Assembly (NCBI GenBank): GCA_013151235.1
Contig: JAADIO010000005.1
Location: 107,659 to 127,658 of the forward strand
Source of the DNA: Deltaproteobacteria bacterium
Lineage (GTDB): Bacteria; CG2-30-53-67
Direction of reading: 5' to 3'
Length of the DNA stretch: 20,000 nt
The position numbers were made by a program, and so were the translations under genes. The notes below the pieces were generated by a model. That model saw only the letters and a list, made by a program, of their open reading frames with translations, was not told the DNA's origin and did not search any database. Shown here piece after piece: positions 16,938 to 20,000 of this stretch (positions are counted from its first letter, which is position 1; each line of letters opens with the position of its first letter).

Positions 16938-17036
16938 ATGCTTCCGACTTTGATCTTGCCCTTGCCTAAGCTCGATGATCTCCGCTTCACCTGTCTCCTG
17001 CAAAACCGGGGGAAGTCCCGGTGCGGAAGCCCGGTG

Positions 17037-17924
17037 TCAGAGCAGTTGAGGATTCCGGAAGGTCCCCTGAATCCGGAAGGAATAATAACCCTTCGAATCC
17101 GGCGTTTTGTGAAAGAACCGAGCCACCCCCTTCAGGTTGATCGGATCATCCGCCTGCGCCTTGAGATGTGCCGTCAGGTTGAGTGGGCTCTCCCGTATAT
17201 CCCGTGCATCAAGTCGGACTTCACCGTCGATTTCCGCCAGCAGGATGTCGCTGGCAACATGACATTTCCGAATCCTGAGAACCCCTTCCCTCAGGTCGGT
17301 CTTCACCTCGATGGCCTGGAAGTTGAAATCGGGAAGATCGAGCCCCTGAATCAGGATATTCCGGACACTCCCGTTCTTCAGGGATGCCGTAATTTTGCCC
17401 GTTGCCTTGAGATATCTCCCCTCCTCCGGCACCCGAATTGTCCCTTCACCGCTCAGTCGTCCATCAATTTTAAAGTCCCGCAGATAAAAGGGGGACAGCA
17501 CATCCTCGATCCGGAGCTGCGCCACTTGGAGGAAATATTTCCCCGCCCCTGAAGAAAAGGGGCGCCGGATCCGGACGCTGCCGGAGAGTGTCCCGCCGTA
17601 TCCTTTCCCCTGAAAATCCGCACGGACTCTGCCTCGGAACAGAGACCAGGGGGAGACCCGGAGGGAAAGCAAATTGCCCCGGTAGATCGGGATTTGTCCG
17701 TCCCCATTGGGCAGCAGAATCTCTACGGGCTGGAATGAACAACGCAGCGGCAGGTGAAAATCGAAGTGATCATAACGCATTGTGATCTTTCGCTCTTCAC
17801 TGAAGCGGTGGATCAGGCTTTCAGCCAAGCGGCCGTAAGGAAAGAAGATCAGCAGCAGAAGGCAGAACAAAAACAGTCCGTAGAGAACGTACAGGATCGA
17901 AAAACCTCCGTGATTCCCTTTCAT
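17037..17924 (-). CDS. gspN: Type II secretion system protein GspN-like (deltaproteobacterial type)
   Basis: N-terminal TM followed by FPY, beta-rich body with V.PWSL..G, GYGG..SG, L.G.G, and a C-terminal I.GT..NP motif. Confidence 0.7.
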   Translation of the reverse strand: MKGNHGGFSILYVLYGLFLFCLLLLIFFPYGRLAESLIHRFSEERKITMRYDHFDFHLPLRCSFQPVEILLPNGDGQIPIYRGNLLSLRVSPWSLFRGRVRADFQGKGYGGTLSGSVRIRRPFSSGAGKYFLQVAQLRIEDVLSPFYLRDFKIDGRLSGEGTIRVPEEGRYLKATGKITASLKNGSVRNILIQGLDLPDFNFQAIEVKTDLREGVLRIRKCHVASDILLAEIDGEVRLDARDIRESPLNLTAHLKAQADDPINLKGVARFFHKTPDSKGYYSFRIQGTFRNPQLL

Positions 17925-17985
17925 CGGTTCTCCCCGTGAATGAATAATTCTTGTCGAAAGCCTTTGTTTTTTGATAAGTTAAATG

Positions 17986-18128
17986 GTAACTACTCAGGTC
18001 ACCTCTCTTTTTCCGTATGACTGCGTTGTTGCGGTGCTCAAATCCTCAACGTATGAAAAATACGCCGAAGGTGTCCGCGCTCCTCACGCCTTGTCCTGCA
18101 GGAAAATAGAAGCAACCTGAGCAGTTAC
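17986..18128 (-). mobile_element. MITE-like element B (143 bp) with a structured internal core
   Basis: TIR GTAACTACTCAGGT (17986-17999) / ACCTGAGCAGTTAC (18115-18128), 13/14, extending imperfectly ~22 bp further in. Flanking 8-bp repeat GTTAAATG (17978-17985) / GTTAAGTG (18129-18136). Confidence 0.78.
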
Positions 18129-18163
18129 GTTAAGTGAATTAACCTAACGAGGGAAGGAAAGCA

Positions 18164-18823
18164 ATGTCAAGAAGAAAGTTGGCGCTGGAATGTTCGCTGG
18201 TTACGCTTTTTCTCTTTCTCTTTGTGGCAGCGCTCCATCTTCTGCCCCTGCCCTCCGGGCTTCTCCGTTTCGGGAATGCGCTACTCACCCCCGGCTGGAT
18301 CCTCCTCCCCTGGATTCTGCTGACCCTTCACGGAGAACCGTTCGAAAATTTCGGATACCATCTTAACGATCTTCGCCGGTCGATCGGAACGGGACTGCTC
18401 GTATCGGTCCTGCTCCTAGTCCCCTATTTTCTTCTCTATCGATTCTGGATCGGCAAACCTTCCCTGCACTTCGGAAACGGACACGAGACGGCCCGCTGGC
18501 TGAAGATGTGCCTCTACCAGTTCACCGTCATAGCCCTGCCGGAAGAGTTCTATTTCCGGGGGTACCTCCAGACCCGCCTCAATCGGATTTGGGGTCGCCC
18601 CCATCACCTCTTCGGTGCCCCCTTCGGCCCGGGGCTGATCGTCACCTCCCTGATCTTCATGTTCTTTCATCTCCTCCTTGCCGTCAACCTCTGGAACGTG
18701 GGGATTTTCTTTTCCGCCCTCGTCTTCGGATGGCTCCGGGAAAAGACCGATTCCATCATCGCGCCGATCCTCTTCCATGCCCTTTCCAATATCGCCCTTT
18801 TTTCCTTTCAGGGGAGGTTCTAA
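18164..18823 (+). CDS. CPBP/Abi (type II CAAX) glutamic intramembrane protease, myxosortase-like
   Basis: PEEFYFRGYLQ (EExxxR), FxxxH and HxxxN catalytic motifs in a multi-TM protein. Confidence 0.9.
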   Translation: MSRRKLALECSLVTLFLFLFVAALHLLPLPSGLLRFGNALLTPGWILLPWILLTLHGEPFENFGYHLNDLRRSIGTGLLVSVLLLVPYFLLYRFWIGKPSLHFGNGHETARWLKMCLYQFTVIALPEEFYFRGYLQTRLNRIWGRPHHLFGAPFGPGLIVTSLIFMFFHLLLAVNLWNVGIFFSALVFGWLREKTDSIIAPILFHALSNIALFSFQGRF

Positions 18824-18831
18824 AAGGAAGA

Positions 18832-19827
18832 ATGAAAAGCGCCTCATTCAACTTTGAACCGGATCTCGCGCTCTCCTTCCAGGGGTTGACCCTCCTCGTC
18901 GGATCGAACAACCCCCGTCTCGTGAGGGAGATTGAAAGGGAACTTTCCTTTCTGACGACAACGGGTACCGGAGGGAGCGAAGTGCTCCGCTACTTCTTCC
19001 ACGATCGGACCCTTCCGGTCCGGGACGATTTTTCTCCCCCCCCCGTCGAGCCAAAAGATCAGATGCAACTTTCTGAAAGGATAACCGGATTCTTTCCCCT
19101 CGATAAGCCCGGCGCGTGGGTGATAGCGGATCGGGGATACCGATGGGATGAGGCGGTCATCGCCTCCATCAATATCCTCTCCAATCTCGCCACCCTGGCG
19201 CTTGGAAGAAGCCGAGGCACCTTTACCTTCCACGGGGCCGCCCTCGTCCGGAACGACTCGGCGCTACTCCTGCCGGGAATGACCGGCTCCGGAAAAACGA
19301 CGGTCAGTTTCGCCGCCACTCTCTCCGGCTGGACCTGCCTGACCGATGAATGGACCATCCTCCTCCCCGGTCCCCCTTTCAAACTTATGGGCTTTCCCCG
19401 CGGATTCCGGGTCTACGGGGAAATTGTCAAACGCTATCCGCAGATCTTCCGGAAAGAACGATTGGCCGGCAAATATGCCGCCTTCGAGGACCGCGGTTTT
19501 CTCATCCTCCAGGAGATCCGGGACCGGACCCCCTTCGACCGCTCCTATCCCATCGCAAAAATCGTCATCCTGGACCATCAGGCGGGAACGGATCAACCGG
19601 TGCTGACGCCCGCCGGCACGGGGGAGGCGACCTACGAACTCCTGACCTCACTCTTTGGAGCCAGCCGGAAGGAGGAAGGGATAAGTGCCACGGAGTACAA
19701 CCGCCAGGGTTTCTCCATCGTCCGGAGCCTCATTGAATATGTACCGGTCTTCCGTCTCACCTGTAATATCTTCCGACACCTCCCTGAGATCCCCTCCCTT
19801 CTCGACACACTGGTCCCCGGCCCCTGA
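18832..19827 (+). CDS. HprK-related P-loop kinase (331 aa)
   Basis: FHGAAL...ALLLPGMTGSGKTT...GW.CLTDE...FPR pattern. Likely start is ATG 18832, 8 nt after the protease stop and following AAGGA. Confidence 0.8.
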   Translation: MKSASFNFEPDLALSFQGLTLLVGSNNPRLVREIERELSFLTTTGTGGSEVLRYFFHDRTLPVRDDFSPPPVEPKDQMQLSERITGFFPLDKPGAWVIADRGYRWDEAVIASINILSNLATLALGRSRGTFTFHGAALVRNDSALLLPGMTGSGKTTVSFAATLSGWTCLTDEWTILLPGPPFKLMGFPRGFRVYGEIVKRYPQIFRKERLAGKYAAFEDRGFLILQEIRDRTPFDRSYPIAKIVILDHQAGTDQPVLTPAGTGEATYELLTSLFGASRKEEGISATEYNRQGFSIVRSLIEYVPVFRLTCNIFRHLPEIPSLLDTLVPGP

Positions 19828-19847
19828 TCTGCAGACGGAGGATTTTA

Positions 19848-19877
19848 TTGACAGACTGCGGGAGCGTCGGTTAAACT
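19848..19877 (+). promoter_or_regulatory. Candidate sigma70 promoter reading into element C copy 2
   Basis: TTGACA-18 bp-TAAACT. Confidence 0.45.
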
Positions 19878-19910
19878 ATAATAAAGTCGTGTTTTTACAG
19901 GGATTTTTAT

Positions 19911-20000
19911 TGATGGTGTCGTAAAAAGTCACGAAGCCCTTCGACAAGCTCAGGGCGAACGGTGTAAGTGATTGATATTCCGTTCGTGGTGAGCCTGTCG
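19911..20000. mobile_element. Second copy of element C (cut by the window edge)
   Basis: 87/90 nt identical to 1695-1784, same orientation. Confidence 0.88.

Noticed and set aside
18508-18831. N-terminal extension of the kinase ORF
   Set aside because: It overlaps the protease gene out of frame and is low-complexity. ATG 18832 has its own RBS.
19036-19044. C9 tract in the kinase gene as a phase-variation switch
   Set aside because: The tract is in frame (encodes SPPP) and there is no evidence of length variation from one sequence.
1-20000. CRISPR arrays, tRNA/rRNA genes, intact transposases, Moco or cobalamin riboswitches
   Set aside because: No regularly spaced repeats or recognisable conserved motifs were found by eye.

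Overview
Bacterial window, most consistent with a Desulfobacterota/deltaproteobacterium-like genome. Most of it is housekeeping: a minus-strand pheA-hisC-tyrA-aroA-cmk-ispH-rpsA-sppA block, usp/mog/MOSC genes, an ABC-2 transporter pair divergent from an FmdE-family gene, DoxX, a GspN-like gene, and a CPBP (CAAX-type) protease followed by an HprK-related kinase. The main hidden feature, not shown by the ORF track, is a decayed integron at ~15083-16764 on the minus strand. It contains a sigma70 promoter, a doubly frameshifted 5' fragment of an integron integrase, a well-formed attC site, a two-small-gene cassette, a toxin-antitoxin module with a dead toxin and intact antitoxin, and a second eroded attC. 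The integrase fragment is co-oriented with the cassettes. Three different small non-autonomous TIR elements with target-site duplications are also present. Two have unrelated ends but share one structured internal core, and the third encloses a REP-like hairpin and occurs twice plus a solo end. aroA is split at a G9 homopolymer.
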